Of a stretch of DNA of 64,000 nucleotides, positions 23,943-36,340 are shown in pieces. The first letter of the stretch is position 1. Each line of letters starts with the position of its first letter. The stretch comes from Eukaryota sp. TZLM1-RC (taxonomy: Eukaryota > Protista > Metamonada: BaSk clade), in contig JAUPSS010000004.1 in NCBI GenBank assembly GCA_040285825.1, forward strand, positions 3,328,550-3,392,549, given 5' to 3'. The translations under genes and the position numbers were made by a program. The notes beneath the pieces are model-generated. The model did no database searches, had not been told where the DNA came from, and saw only the letters and a list, made by a program, of their open reading frames with translations.

Positions 23943-24278
23943 CAACTTTTGAATAAATTTAGGTTTAGTTGCTTTTTGTTTCACATATAATACCCAAAAT
24001 AATCACCAAAAAAGCATACTAGCATGTTTGTAAAGAATGTTGTTTATTCACCATTACAGCGTTTCAATTACTGCAAAACCATAATGTACCTTTCCTGCAT
24101 TCCAGTACATGACACTGTCCTAATCACACAGACCATGACATCAACTAAGTTGAAGAACCCTGAAACCCAACATTCACCATTGACAAACAAGAATTAATCT
24201 TGGCACGACAATTTGCAAAATCAAACTCAAATTCCCAAACTCCTTTCAAATCCTGTATTCTTATCTTCATCGATCTCA

Positions 24279-24590
24279 ATGGCTGGCCGTGGAAAAGGTG
24301 GAAAAGGTTTAGGTAAAGGTGGTGCCAAGCGCCATAGAAAGGTTCTTCGTGAAAACATCCAAGGTATTACTAAGCCTGCTATTCGTCGTCTTGCTCGTCG
24401 TGGTGGTGTCAAGCGTATCTCTGCACTTATCTATGATGAAACCCGTACTGTTCTCCGTACTTTCCTCGAAAACGTGATCCGTGACTCTGTTACTTATTGT
24501 GAACATGCCAGAAGGAAGACTGTCACTGCTATGGATGTTGTCTATGCTTTGAAACGTCATGGACGTGTTTTGTATGGTTTTGGTGTTTAG
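24279..24590 (+). CDS. H4: Histone H4
   Basis: [47 protein letters not shown]; ATG at 24279. Confidence 0.98.
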   Translation: MAGRGKGGKGLGKGGAKRHRKVLRENIQGITKPAIRRLARRGGVKRISALIYDETRTVLRTFLENVIRDSVTYCEHARRKTVTAMDVVYALKRHGRVLYGFGV

Positions 24591-24604
24591 GTTTTTGTTT
24601 TAGG

Positions 24605-24620
24605 GGTGTTTTTGAACACT
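24605..24620 (+). promoter_or_regulatory. Histone 3' stem-loop (H4): GGTGTT-TTTG-AACACT
   Basis: Shared hairpin 14 nt after the stop. Confidence 0.75.
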
Positions 24621-25477
24621 ATTAAATCCTATTTTTTTGTATCTTAACAATTTTTTAGTTATAAATGTCATTTATTTGGTGAATGACTATCTATTGATCC
24701 AACATTGAAAAACATGGTTGACATGGTTGGTGGTTACTACCCTTAAGACCTCAGTAATACGGTGGTCATATTACCCAAGTCGAGTTACTTGACTGGGAAA
24801 TACCACAGTCGATTTGACTTCGATTTAATTCAAGTCATTTGACAACACTACTAATGCTTTCAAATTTCTTGGTTCCTGGTTAAAAAATGTGCTTCAAATT
24901 CTGAATGAATTACAAGGTATCTTGGAGAAAATGAAAATTGAACTTGTTTAATTTCTTCTTCGGATTTACAATAATATATTAAATTTTTAATGGTTAAAAT
25001 ATTCTATACTGGGGGAATAACCCCGATTTTGAGCTCTTGTGCTCCTCCTATAAGATTGGATTGTTGTCGATCCTTGAATTCTTTGCTGATTTGTTGGAAC
25101 GTTGAAAACCCATTTATTTTCTGCAGCAATCGATAAGGAAATTCAGGACCGATCTCTTTTGAATTGGCAATTTTATTGTAAACAATTTCAACAAAAATTG
25201 TCAAAGATTTTTGGAAGCTTGGATTTTGATGTTAGATTTGGCTTGGCCAAGAAATAGAATCCCGCTTTTGCAAATCTTTTACAAGATATGTGTGATAGTA
25301 CTTCTTCTGCCTTAGTAACAACAATTCGTCAAGTTTATGGTACTCGCTTAACTGATTCTGCCTGGACTTTGGATATGAGATTTCGTTCCTTTATCTGGCC
25401 TGATAATTTATTTCGTAATTTAATTTGTATATGTTCTCGAAAAAATACAATTACTCCTTTGTTAAGTAAAATTGATA

Positions 25478-25724
25478 TTTATTGAACATGCACACTTAAT
25501 TAAATTAATTCATAACTAATAAGACGACTATCATTGAACCAAGATTTCCTCTACAAAATCTTGATCTGCTTGCTGTCTAGCTAAAGCTTCTCTTATTCGA
25601 TTGAAAAACCGAGGTAATCTATTAATAATGATAAATTGAATCCAAGAACGCCATAAAAAAATGTCAAATCTTTTCATTGTTTTTTCTTGAACCATTTTCT
25701 GGAAATCATTCAAAAAAATTTCTG
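25478..25724 (-). mobile_element. 3' end fragment of the CRE-like element (family of 2487-4860)
   Basis: Near-identical to 2487-2730, including REALARQQADQDFVE.ILVQ* and the 3' UTR. Confidence 0.85.
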
Positions 25725-25764
25725 CTTTTGTTAAGTTGTAAACATTTAATTATTTTTAGAAGCA

Positions 25765-26360
25765 AGGGTCACGATTCTGTCAGAGATCAATTATATTGTA
25801 TGTGTAAGTCTAATAGAATTGAACCATTTTTGGAACCTCTATTGTCAAGTCTGTTTGATACTGAAGATGATGTTCACAGGAACAATAAAGGTGATGTCAT
25901 ATTACCTGGATTGGATGGAACCTTCATTTTACTGGATGTAATGTCTTCATCCTTTTAATGCCTCAAATGAAAGGCTTGCTAATTCTGAATTTCATAATCC
26001 TCTTTCAATTGCTGAAAATTTCAAAATCAAAAAATACAATGAACCTTTATCCAACTTGTCCAGACAACAGCATGCAAAATGCAATTTGTATCCATTTGTA
26101 TTTTCTATTTTTGGTTCACTTGCTCCCACAGCTGAACGTTGTTTGACAGATTTTGAAATGATTGTGAAGAGAAGGAGTAACAGAAATCGCAACAGATTGT
26201 TTTGGCAAAATCAAACTGTGTTTTCTATTTTTAAAAAGATGTTGAAGATCGTTTCTGATACTTTGCTTTCTCTTGGATCTCACTATGAGAGAGTTGCATC
26301 TAGTTGTGTTGTTTGGGAGAGATGGATTATTTGGGTGTTGATTAATAAGTTTTTTAATAA
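25765..26360 (+). mobile_element. RLE endonuclease 3' fragment of a second CRE-like family
   Basis: HDSVRDQLYCMCK...KGDVILPGLDGTFILLDVMS...KIKKY...LYPFVFSIFGSL; related to 30390-30887. Confidence 0.72.
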
Positions 26361-26467
26361 ACAAACATTATTCAAAAAACACTGGTAATTGATGCATTAA
26401 AAATATTAATAAAAAAAATATAGGAAAATTGGCGAAGAGAAAAGTGATTTTTGGACTATATTTTAAA

Positions 26468-28006
26468 ATGGCTGAATCTCCAGTCGCGTCCTGTTCTTTT
26501 GACGAAGAAGACGAGCAGCTGTATTCCAGTCAGTTTCTGAGAGATCTTGACATGTCACACTCTTCTCACAACCACAAATCAAAAGATGTTACTTCTCATT
26601 CAGTTTCTGACACTGAAGACGCCCACGCTTTTGCTTCAAAACTTCTGAAAGACCTACCTGTACCTCCTGCAATTTCTTCCTCTGGACGTAAGTCTCGCCC
26701 TCAAAGCGCTGATCAGTCAGATTTCAACCGCAGACCATCAAAATCCATGGAACCTGAACGTCGTTTTGACAAGAGGAGTCATTCCGTCAGTTTTGATGAA
26801 AATCTCTACCGTTCATCCCGTCTTTCTCTTCCCTCCCCGATTAAACGACCTACCCATGCTTCCTCACCTTCCCTCAAGAGCACCAAGTTAGTTGAGAATG
26901 CGGCTCCTCCTGGCTTCTTTACAGCAGCATTTGTTGAAAACCTTCAAAAGCAACACAAAGAAAGACTTGCTTCTTCAATCGAATCCGCTAATAGAATTCT
27001 TCAAACCAAAGAAACAGAAGTCAAGCGACTTCAAGATCAGCTGACTCAAGCCCAACAAGACCATTCATCAAAGGAAGAAGTGATTAAGGGTGAAGTTGCT
27101 GAATTAAGAAGGTTGTTTGATAAGCAAGTAGCCCAGGTGAAATCTGAAGCTGAAAAGGAAAAACTTGAGTTATACGAACAATTAGAGCGGCAACGTGAGC
27201 ATTCAAGACAAGAAATATTAGAAAATTCTTGTAAATTTGAAGGTGATATTGATGATATTAAAGCAGAACATGATCGTTCCATAGCCTCTTTGAAATCTTC
27301 ATTCCAGGAAGAAAGACAGGCCTGGCTGAGAGAAAAGGAAGATTTACAAGGAGAGTGGGAGACTGAGATGGAGAAAGTAGAAGAAGAGCATGCGGAGGAG
27401 GTGAAGGGATTGAAAGAGGAGTTGGCAAAGATGGGGGAGTGCAATAGTCAGTTAAGAGAAGATTTATGTAGTTTATCATTGGAAAAAGGAAATGATATTT
27501 TAGAATTGCAATCAAAAATAGATGATTATCAGAGAAATCAGGAAGTTATGGAAGAAAAGATTAGGTCCATTGTAAATCGCCATAGGAATGAACTTCAAAG
27601 TCGAGATAATCAGTGGACGGAAACAGTTAATAACCTCAAAAGATCACTCGAAAAGGAAAGAATCTGTTCTTCGCAGGCCATATCGGCTCTTCAGCAGCGT
27701 GTAAGAGATTTCGATTCGGCTCTTAAAGATGCTCAAACTACCCACAAAACAGCGATTGCACAGGCATCTGCTGAAGTTTCAAAGCTCTCTGATGCTTTAT
27801 CTAAGGCACGTGAAGCCGTTGAAACCCACAAAGCCGTTGCTAATGATGCTAGTTCTGAGGTTTGTAGATTGGAGCAAGAAGTTAATGTTCTTCGTAGTGA
27901 GTTAGAAGCTGTGGAGTATGAAAAGAGAAGAATTAAGGAATCTGAAGGAGCTTTGAGACATGAAGTTGATAGATACCAAAGTTTTATGGGTTATAGATCG
28001 AGGTAA
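26468..28006 (+). CDS. Coiled-coil protein of unknown function with Ser-rich N-terminus
   Basis: 512-aa ORF from ATG 26468; E/K/Q/L-rich heptad character. Confidence 0.75.
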   Translation: MAESPVASCSFDEEDEQLYSSQFLRDLDMSHSSHNHKSKDVTSHSVSDTEDAHAFASKLLKDLPVPPAISSSGRKSRPQSADQSDFNRRPSKSMEPERRFDKRSHSVSFDENLYRSSRLSLPSPIKRPTHASSPSLKSTKLVENAAPPGFFTAAFVENLQKQHKERLASSIESANRILQTKETEVKRLQDQLTQAQQDHSSKEEVIKGEVAELRRLFDKQVAQVKSEAEKEKLELYEQLERQREHSRQEILENSCKFEGDIDDIKAEHDRSIASLKSSFQEERQAWLREKEDLQGEWETEMEKVEEEHAEEVKGLKEELAKMGECNSQLREDLCSLSLEKGNDILELQSKIDDYQRNQEVMEEKIRSIVNRHRNELQSRDNQWTETVNNLKRSLEKERICSSQAISALQQRVRDFDSALKDAQTTHKTAIAQASAEVSKLSDALSKAREAVETHKAVANDASSEVCRLEQEVNVLRSELEAVEYEKRRIKESEGALRHEVDRYQSFMGYRSR

Positions 28007-28367
28007 TCTTGTAATTTTAACAAGATCTTGTATTAAATTATTTGATTTTTTTTAATTCTAAAGATAAATTTGTATTCAATTCCCATAATTATACTAATTC
28101 TATTAGATATATAAACAACTAGAACACTAAATAAATGATGAAAAATAATTCAAAAGAAAAATAATTCAGAAAAGCGGACTTTTGATTGAATAAATTAAAT
28201 AATCTCGACTCAAAATCACAATTACTATCAATTTTCACCCTAACACAGTGGTTTAAGAAACTTTAATCAAGGTGAAAAAGGGAGTTTGTAGCAAAGTTTG
28301 TATTTTTCAAAATGACCAAAAGGTCAAATTGGCATAAAATTCATGAAAACTTCCCACACAAATCTCT

Positions 28368-29579
28368 CTAATCAGCAAATTCTTGATCCAAATCGTCCTT
28401 CCATAACAGAAAGTCTATTTTACCATTATTGACTTTAATGATGTTATAGCTTTCCAATCGTCCAAGTATAGTAAAGATCTGCGTAACGCACAACCCTTTC
28501 ACTACTAATTGATTAACATCTGAAATCTTTTCATTATACAAAACTTTCAAAACATCATATTCGGTTTTTGACAAAACATTAAACAATTGAAAGATCTTCA
28601 CTCTTTCATCATTTACTGCACTCCTAACAATTTCAAAAGATACCCTAGGTTGATTATTCGAAATAGCAATCAAAATACAATTATATACCAACGACAATGC
28701 ACGTCTAGCATCACCTGAAGTTTGACCGCATTTGGTACATAAATGAACAAGGGCATCTAGGTCAAAAATATCTTGAACCTTCTTGACTCCTGCCTGTTTG
28801 AAACGTGCTGAAATAATTGAATAAAGAACATCTTTTGAATAATCTCGGAATAAAACCCTGCTAGGACCCAGTCTTGATTTAATTCTGGCTAATAACTGGC
28901 TATTTCCGTGAAGCGAATTTGCTATTAGAATTAAAACATAATTCGGATTTAAAAACCAATTGAGTAAATTATACAAAATACCAGGGTCCATATTGTACAG
29001 GAAATCAGCTTCATCTACAACTACAACTAAGTTACCACTTCTCCTTCTACAAAAGTACTTTTCTAGGATCCCAAGCGCCCTTGACTGAGAGGTAGAGCGA
29101 TTAAACAGTTTAGACAAAAGATATTGGTAGAAAGAGCTTGTAGAGCTCATGAGGCCTCCATTAATGAAGATTTTTTTCAGAGTTGGAGAAGACGAAAGTT
29201 GTGCCAGTGTTTGTAATACTACGGTTGTCTTACCTGTACCAGGAACACCTGAAATAAAGCAAGATGTACCACTAGAATGGGATGAGGAGAGAGAAGAAAG
29301 TAGGAAGTCATGTATTTGTTTTGATTCTTCTTCTCTCCCAATGATTGTATCTGGAGCAGAAGTAAAGGAGAAGAATGATGCAATGTCCCAAGTTAGAGTA
29401 TGCTTTGAAGGACTTTCAGGGGAGGAAGGTGGAGAGTGTAGATGTGTAGTTCTGCGTTTGGTCTTGGGTGCACCTTTAGAAGAACTTCGACGACCACGAG
29501 GTTTTGATCCACCTCTGAGAGTAGTGTTTGGAGTGCCTCTGGAAGTACCCTTAGAACTTCTCCTACGTGTTACAACCAT
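28368..29579 (-). CDS. ORC1/CDC6: ORC1/CDC6-family AAA+ replication initiator
   Basis: IIGREEE..I..FL, FISGVPGTGKT, VVVVDEAD, LYNLLNW, RIKSRLG, SGDARRAL; basic N-tail with SP sites. Confidence 0.88.
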   Translation of the reverse strand: MVVTRRRSSKGTSRGTPNTTLRGGSKPRGRRSSSKGAPKTKRRTTHLHSPPSSPESPSKHTLTWDIASFFSFTSAPDTIIGREEESKQIHDFLLSSLSSSHSSGTSCFISGVPGTGKTTVVLQTLAQLSSSPTLKKIFINGGLMSSTSSFYQYLLSKLFNRSTSQSRALGILEKYFCRRRSGNLVVVVDEADFLYNMDPGILYNLLNWFLNPNYVLILIANSLHGNSQLLARIKSRLGPSRVLFRDYSKDVLYSIISARFKQAGVKKVQDIFDLDALVHLCTKCGQTSGDARRALSLVYNCILIAISNNQPRVSFEIVRSAVNDERVKIFQLFNVLSKTEYDVLKVLYNEKISDVNQLVVKGLCVTQIFTILGRLESYNIIKVNNGKIDFLLWKDDLDQEFAD

Positions 29580-30309
29580 GTCCAAATATGTTTAATTAAT
29601 TTTTGATCATTTGATCATTTGATAATCTCAATCAATGATTGATGTCGACTTGTTGAACCTTCCTGATGTTGACTCTGTTTTTTTAACCATTACAGCTCAG
29701 TAATGATGAGGTCGTTGCCAAGGAACACTGTGTTCTTGGCATAGATCTTTAGCTAAACGGCCTACTGATCATTGTATAGTTTCCCATATTAGGGAACTTA
29801 ATGTTAGATTCACCTAACTAGTGCGCTACTTACTTTCAACCAATCAAACTACCAATAACTAATGTTGGTTCTATCTTCGTTGTTGCTTCCCTTTGTTCTC
29901 TTTGACGTCATTTTCTATGGTTGGGAATTATGTATTCAATCAATATCATATGTCAATGTGTCACTTTTCTTGGCATAATGGTACTGGACTTTCCACCATA
30001 AACTTCCTTAATATCATAAGGAATGTTGATTAGGGTGATTGGCAGTGAACACTTCTGACATATATATTTGGTTAAATTCACTATTACCTCAACCATATAA
30101 CTTACCTTCAGAAGAGAGGACAAGTGAGTAATGTTGACCAGCTGAAATGGAAACAATACTTTATGGTAGCTTTACTGGTTTTTTGACCAATTAAGGTCCA
30201 TTGTAGAGAACATGACCTCTATCATTGACTAATTTTTTCCCAATAAAGTATTAAAATCACCCTAATTAAAAGACACATGTTTTTTGATTGTTTAGCAATC
30301 AGATTGATG

Positions 30310-30887
30310 ACTTATCGTTCTTTTACACGATGCTGTCACAGATACTCTTTTCAATATGGCGTTGAGAAGGTATGTAGAAATGAGATTTTCATAAGAATAA
30401 CAGAGGTGATGTCATCTCACCTCGATTAGATGGAACCTTCATTTTATTGCATGTAATGTCGGTTGATGCTTGTAATGTCTCAAGTGAAAGGCTTGCTAAT
30501 TCTGAAAATCATAATCCTCTTTCAAATGCTGAAAATTTCAAAATCAAAAAATACAATGAACCTTTGTCCAAATTGTCCAGCCAACAGCATGCAAAATACA
30601 ATTTGTACCCATTTGTAGTTTCTCTATTTGGTTCACTTGCTCCAACGGCTATACGTTTTTTGGCAGATTTTGAAATGATTGTAAAGAGAAGAACTAACAG
30701 AAATTTCAACAGATTGTTTTGGCAAAATAGAATTGTGTATTCTATTTTTAAGGGGATGTTGAAGATGGTTTCTGATGTTCTACTTTCTCTTGAATCTCAC
30801 TATGAGAGAGTTGCATATAGTTGTTTTGTTTTGCGAGAGATGGATTATTTAGATGTTTTTTATAAGTTTTTTAATAAATATTATTGA
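30310..30887 (+). mobile_element. CRE-like RLE 3' fragment (family 1 start joined to family 2)
   Basis: cacgatgctgtc..gatact..ttcaatatggc (family 1), then NRGDVI...KIKKYNEPL...LYPFVVSLFGSLAP (family 2). Confidence 0.7.
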
Positions 30888-30940
30888 AAAAATTGTTTCA
30901 ACTCATTTTTTATTTCTTTCTATATTGAATGGTTGGCTAA

Positions 30941-32224
30941 ATGGTTGTACTCTCCTCCTCTTCTTCGCTTGTCTCTTTTCCTGATGGCACTACCTACACT
31001 GGATCTTTGAAAAACAAGGTACCCCATGGATACGGTATTCTCTCTTCTCCCGACGGTTCTCGTTATGAAGGGAACTTTTGTCTTGGCAAAAAGGAAGGCT
31101 ACGGCACTTTCACCACTCCCAACTTCACTTACATGGGGGAATTTCTATGCGGGCTTTTTGATGGTGAGGGCCAAATTGACTATAAAGACGGCCGCAAGTA
31201 CACAGGACTGTTCAAATTTGGCATGAAAAACGGTTTTGGAAGACTCGAGTTTAATGACAACATTTACGAGGGATTCTTTTTAAAAGATAAATACCACGGC
31301 AATGGCATCTTCAAGTCCTCTGATGGTACGATCTACGAAGGATCCTTTCACCATGGAGGCATGGAAGGGGAGGGTAAGATTACCTGGCCCTGTGGGGTTT
31401 GTTATGAAGGTGTTGTACATGATGGGGGAGTTGTGGGTCAAGGGACGCTTGCTACAGGAGAAAATACTCTGGAAGGTACACTTGGAGCTGACGGATTGCT
31501 AACTGGTTATGGCAGTCGGAGTTGCTTTGGCGGAGCACTCAAGTTAGCTGGCACGCATGTTTGTGGCAAACTGCAAGGTCAGGGGACGATTGAGACTGAA
31601 TGTTTCAAGTACTCTGGTCACGTACATGATGATGTGATTGATGGTAAAGGGTCAATGGAAGTCAAACGACCAAATGGAGAAGTAATCAAAATTTATGGAG
31701 ATTTTGTACAGAATCGGTTCATTACTGGAGATTTTGTTTTTGAAGACGGCTCTGCTGTTTGCATATTAAATGATTTTGAACGTAAATTTATAATGGCATC
31801 TGAGAAGGAACCAACTGCAGGTGAATGTCAATGTATATATGAAGAAGGAAACTCAACGTCATCATATTTGATTGATTTTGCTGATGGTAGACAGTATGAG
31901 GGTCAAGTTTCTGATAAATCTCTCAATGGTTTTGGTCAACTTTCCTTTCCAAACGGTGATGTCTACAAGGGAGAATTTTCAAATGGACTTTTTCACGGTA
32001 ATGGACAGTATACCTGGGCCAATGGTACTGTGTTTGTTGGGGAATTTTACGAGGGGAATGTTCACGGAAAAGGGATGCTAGAGAATAGTGATCTCTCAAT
32101 AGGAAAATACACTGGAGAATTTTCCCTCGGGTGTGTGGAGGGAGAGGGAGTGGTGGAGAGAAGTGGGAGATCAATTGCAGGGAAATGGGTAAAGGGGGAG
32201 TTAATAGAGTCTGCTGAGGTTTAG
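30941..32224 (+). CDS. MORN-repeat protein
   Basis: Repeated Y.G.F..G..HG.G units (YTGSLKNKVPHGYG, YKGEFSNGLFHGNG). Confidence 0.9.
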   Translation: MVVLSSSSSLVSFPDGTTYTGSLKNKVPHGYGILSSPDGSRYEGNFCLGKKEGYGTFTTPNFTYMGEFLCGLFDGEGQIDYKDGRKYTGLFKFGMKNGFGRLEFNDNIYEGFFLKDKYHGNGIFKSSDGTIYEGSFHHGGMEGEGKITWPCGVCYEGVVHDGGVVGQGTLATGENTLEGTLGADGLLTGYGSRSCFGGALKLAGTHVCGKLQGQGTIETECFKYSGHVHDDVIDGKGSMEVKRPNGEVIKIYGDFVQNRFITGDFVFEDGSAVCILNDFERKFIMASEKEPTAGECQCIYEEGNSTSSYLIDFADGRQYEGQVSDKSLNGFGQLSFPNGDVYKGEFSNGLFHGNGQYTWANGTVFVGEFYEGNVHGKGMLENSDLSIGKYTGEFSLGCVEGEGVVERSGRSIAGKWVKGELIESAEV

Positions 32225-33219
32225 GTTTTGTTTTGTTTGTGTAATTATTGTACTAGTATTAATTTATTTCTGTCATAGTTTATTAAATAAGCCGATAGTA
32301 GTTACTTTATCTTCTTCAGATATTCGCCATTTGAATAACTGGCCGAAATAAATGAATTAAATAAATATACAATAATTTAACTATTTTCAATTTTTTCCAA
32401 TAAAGACATTTCATGCTTTTTAACTTAAATTTTGGTTCTCGGAAAATGTAATTTGATACTTATTGTCCAAAATTAAAAGAAGGTTAAAAAGAAAGATAAA
32501 CCGTTCACTTATTGCTGCTAGGATCAGAATTGCGACGTATTTCATTAATCAATTGAATAATCCTAATTGGTAAGGTAATTGCTTTTTTGCACTTATATGT
32601 ATTGTGATTTCATGGTTAGATGTAGAATGTGGAACAGGAATCTATTTTGTCTGGCAGAAAAGGGGAACATATGATTCCTTTTGTTCAACATTGTAACAAC
32701 AATTGTGGAGTTTAGTCACCATATATTCCATTTGTTTTGGAGAAATCCATAATTTTCTTATTTACATTGATAAATATTTTTGCTAGTTTTATGTTTGCTT
32801 TTCTCAAATTTTTGAATCAATGTGGCTGATTTGGGGTATCAAGATATAGAGTTTTAAGAATGTTGTTTAGTTTTCATTGGAATAAATAATTTGTTAAAAA
32901 TTAATTTTAACTAGAGACGGCAATTACTCAAGTAATACTCAGAGTTCTGTAGAAGAACGTATGAGTACTACTTTACGAATTCAGTAATTTTCTCAAATAA
33001 TACTCAAGGTTTTTATAGTATAATTTATTTTCTCTATTAATGTTGTGTTGTAATATAAATCAAAATTGAAATAATCATCATTTAAAGAATCAATTTTTTG
33101 AATTGGAGATAAATTATAAAAACACAGAGACTTAATCTTTTAAATTCATCACTACTATCATTGATTTTGTAACTCAACAGTGAACACTTGTAGCATTGTC
33201 ACTCCCATTAAACAAAACA

Positions 33220-33723
33220 ATGAGTGTCATTCTTCATACATCTTTAGGTGATATTAAAGTAGAACTGCGCCCCGATCTTGTTCCGAAGACATGTTTCAAT
33301 TTCCTGGCGTTATGTGCAGGTAACAGTTACGACAATACATTATTTCATCGTGTAGTGAAGGGATATCTTATCCAAGGAGGTGATACAGAAACTTCTACAG
33401 GACGCAGTGGCAAAGCTGTACATCCATGTCTCCCGGAGTTTCACGCAGACCTGAAGCACGATGCTATAGGTACTGTTGGAATGTGCACAACTCGTGAGAT
33501 ACCATCCACATCCCAGTTTTATATTACATTGGGCTCGCAGCCTGAACTTGATGACAATTTTACCGTTATTGGGTATGTTATTAGCGGGACTGATGTTCTT
33601 AACAAGATTGCTGCAGTTGATGTTGATTCAAATCATAGACCATTGGAGAAGGTGATGTTACGGAAAACCACTATTCGGTCTAATCCATTCGCCACTGAAC
33701 AAGTTACTGTTCCCAAGTTTTGA
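33220..33723 (+). CDS. PPIL3: Cyclophilin-type peptidyl-prolyl isomerase, PPIL3-like
   Basis: MSVILHTSLGDIKVEL..PKTCFNFLALC..YDNTLFHR..IQGGD..SQFYIT..NPFA. Confidence 0.82.
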   Translation: MSVILHTSLGDIKVELRPDLVPKTCFNFLALCAGNSYDNTLFHRVVKGYLIQGGDTETSTGRSGKAVHPCLPEFHADLKHDAIGTVGMCTTREIPSTSQFYITLGSQPELDDNFTVIGYVISGTDVLNKIAAVDVDSNHRPLEKVMLRKTTIRSNPFATEQVTVPKF

Positions 33724-33766
33724 TGTATTTTTAATGTAAAAATTATTAAATAAATTTATTACACAT

Positions 33767-34273
33767 TTAGCACAACTTATCAAAAATATTCTTATAATCA
33801 GAAAGAAAACCTTGTAAATCATTTGGAGAAACCTGTAAATTCCAATCAAGAAGTTTAATAAATTCAACTTCCATAGCATTAAGAATTTCAAGGGAATAAA
33901 AAGAATAACCAATAATTCTCCAGCTAGGATTTTGATAGGTAGAATCTTCGCAAAACTTGGCAGCAAGCATAAAGGCAACAAGGAAACACCGATGAGCATT
34001 AATGGAAGAATAGCGAAGCTGAGGAAACTTTGCTTGTATCTTTGAAAGATAGTAGAGAGCAACAAAAGCACATTCCAAAGAGGCTTCGGATTTAGAAACA
34101 ATTCTTCTAATCCAAACAGGAAAGCTGATGGTAGGTTCTGAGCCGAATGATGAGTCACAAGTATAGTCTTCCACATCCAAAAGTTGCTCAAGTATGGCAG
34201 AAGATGTGTAAACAACAGAGGAGAGGGATTCATCGGATAGAGAAACGGGAGAGGTAGCAGTGATACCAGGCAT
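33767..34273 (-). CDS. PHO80/cyclin-U-like cyclin
   Basis: PTIS...WIRRI...ECAFVALYYL...NAHRCFLVAFMLAAKFCED..YQN..W...LNAMEVEFIKLLDWNLQV. Confidence 0.85.
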   Translation of the reverse strand: MPGITATSPVSLSDESLSSVVYTSSAILEQLLDVEDYTCDSSFGSEPTISFPVWIRRIVSKSEASLECAFVALYYLSKIQAKFPQLRYSSINAHRCFLVAFMLAAKFCEDSTYQNPSWRIIGYSFYSLEILNAMEVEFIKLLDWNLQVSPNDLQGFLSDYKNIFDKLC

Positions 34274-34582
34274 TAGTGATCAGTGGAGAGAAACATCTGG
34301 CATGAAGAATCATCACCATTAGTAGTAGAGGACAAGACAAGATTGATGAGATGTTTGTCATTGACAAACATTCCTTATAGTAAAACCTTGCCTCAATTAA
34401 TGGATGCAACCAGTGTCCAATGGCTTGACCTATCTTTTGTGTTGAACTTTCCTTGTTTAAATAAGAGATGATCAAAAAATCTCGATGTTGTAAATAGATC
34501 CTGATAACATTTTTTCATCGATACAACATCTAAAGAAGATTTTATTGAAACAAGTGTTGATAAACACCTCATAAAAAAACAA

Positions 34583-34990
34583 TTAAAAATCAGAACGAAT
34601 TCTCTTAGCCAAGGCCATATCCTTGGGCATAATGGTAACACGTTTAGCATGAATAGCACAGAGATTGGTGTCTTCAAACAAACCAACAAGGTAAGCTTCA
34701 GCAGCTTCTTGAAGAGCAGAGATACCAGAGGCTTGGAATCTTAACTCACCCTTGAACTCTTGGGCAATTTCTCTAACCAAACGTTGGAAGGGTAGCTTAC
34801 GGATCAAGAGTTCAGTGGATTTTTGGTACTTTCTAATTTCACGGAGAGCAACGGTACCAGGACGATAACGATGGGGTTTCTTGATACCACCAGTAGCGGG
34901 AGCAGCTTTGCGAGCAGCCTTGGTAGCCAAATGCTTTCTTGGAGTCTTGGTGGAGGTAGTCTTGCGAGAGGTTTGCTTAGTACGGGCCAT
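34583..34990 (-). CDS. H3: Histone H3
   Basis: Protein identical to the other H3 copies; 3' hairpin GGTGTT-TATC-AACACT at 34553-34568. Confidence 0.98.
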   Translation of the reverse strand: MARTKQTSRKTTSTKTPRKHLATKAARKAAPATGGIKKPHRYRPGTVALREIRKYQKSTELLIRKLPFQRLVREIAQEFKGELRFQASGISALQEAAEAYLVGLFEDTNLCAIHAKRVTIMPKDMALAKRIRSDF

Positions 34991-35372
34991 TAGTGTAGAT
35001 CAGGATTATGTCATTCTGCACTGTAATTGAGCAGAAATTCAGAGCAGGGAAAATGTCTTGCGAGAATCAATTGTCATTTTCTTTTGTTTGATGGTTAGTT
35101 TTTGGTGGTTTGGTTGTGTAGACCTACGGCTTTGTTGTCGTTCTTCATCAGATGTGCACTTAATTCTTGCCCTATATGGAACTATTGAAATATTATTTAG
35201 GAATTTATTAGGACCAACAGGTTTAGCTAATCCCAATTTGGTTAAACAATTGCCATTTGCATTTCCCCCAAACCTTCAATCCTGATGAAAACATCAATAA
35301 AACATTTTAAATTAAAACACAATAAAGAACAAATTTATCCAGTGTTGAAAAACACTTTCAAAAACCACAAAT

Positions 35373-35807
35373 CTATTCAGCTTCACCAGCAGAGGTAAAC
35401 TTGGTAACAGCCTTGGTACCTTCAGAAACCGCATGCTTGGAGAGTTCACCAGGTAACAATAATCTAACAGCAGTCTGAATCTCACGAGAAGAAAGAGTAT
35501 TTCTCTTGTTGACACGAGCAAGACGGGAAGCTTCAGTAGCGATACGTTCAAAGATGTCATTGACAAAAGAGTTCATGATACCCATGGCCTTGGTGGAGAT
35601 ACCAGTATCGGGATGGACTTGACGAAGAACACGGTAAATGTAAGTAGCCCATGTCTCCTTACGGGCCTTCTTACGCTTGGGGACAGCAGCGGCAGCACCT
35701 CCTTCAGCAACAGCTTTGCTTACAGCCTTTGCGGGAGCCTTTGAAGGGGCTTTGGAGGGAACTCCCTTGATGGATTTGGTAGACTTTACAGACTTCTTTC
35801 CGGGCAT
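35373..35807 (-). CDS. H2B: Histone H2B
   Basis: Near-identical to 22684-23118; 3' hairpin AGTGTT-TTTC-AACACT at 35341-35356. Confidence 0.98.
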   Translation of the reverse strand: MPGKKSVKSTKSIKGVPSKAPSKAPAKAVSKAVAEGGAAAAVPKRKKARKETWATYIYRVLRQVHPDTGISTKAMGIMNSFVNDIFERIATEASRLARVNKRNTLSSREIQTAVRLLLPGELSKHAVSEGTKAVTKFTSAGEAE

Positions 35808-35956
35808 GAGATTGAGAGAAATAGTAATCAAGATTCAGGTTTTGCACCAAAAACAAGCTGATTCAATGTTTTGCCACAAATGACAATCTTGCAACAATCA
35901 AAATTGTCGTGTTGGAATTGAAATTCTATTTCCTTTTTCTCATTAATTTATCTCTC

Positions 35957-36340
35957 ATGGCTGAAGAAACTGGTGCTCGTACTCTCTCCTTCAAAGCTGG
36001 ACTCCAATTCCCTGTAGGTCGTATCCGTCGTTACCTCCGTGAAGGTCGCTATGCTGAACGTATTGCAGCTGGTGCTCCCGTCTATATGGCTGCTGTGCTC
36101 GAATACCTCACCGCTGAGGTCCTTGAATTATCTGGTAACGCTGCTAGAGATAACAAGAAGACCCGTATCGTCCCCAGACACATTCTCTTGGCTATCCGTA
36201 ATGATGAAGAACTCAGTAAGCTGTTGTCCCACATTATGATTCCCTCTGGTGGTGTTCTTCCTCATATTCATTCCGATCTCCTTCCCAAGGGGTCCAAGGC
36301 TCGTGTTGAAGCCGAAGAACAAGCTTCTCAAGAAATCTAG
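35957..36340 (+). CDS. H2A: Histone H2A (SQEI C-terminus)
   Basis: Protein identical to 22151-22534; 3' hairpin at 36353-36368. Confidence 0.97.
   Translation: MAEETGARTLSFKAGLQFPVGRIRRYLREGRYAERIAAGAPVYMAAVLEYLTAEVLELSGNAARDNKKTRIVPRHILLAIRNDEELSKLLSHIMIPSGGVLPHIHSDLLPKGSKARVEAEEQASQEI

Noticed and set aside
21914-24560. Antisense and overlapping ORFs over histone genes (e.g. 21914-22543, 23499-23843)
   Set aside because: Shadow frames of codon-biased histone genes with no recognisable motifs.
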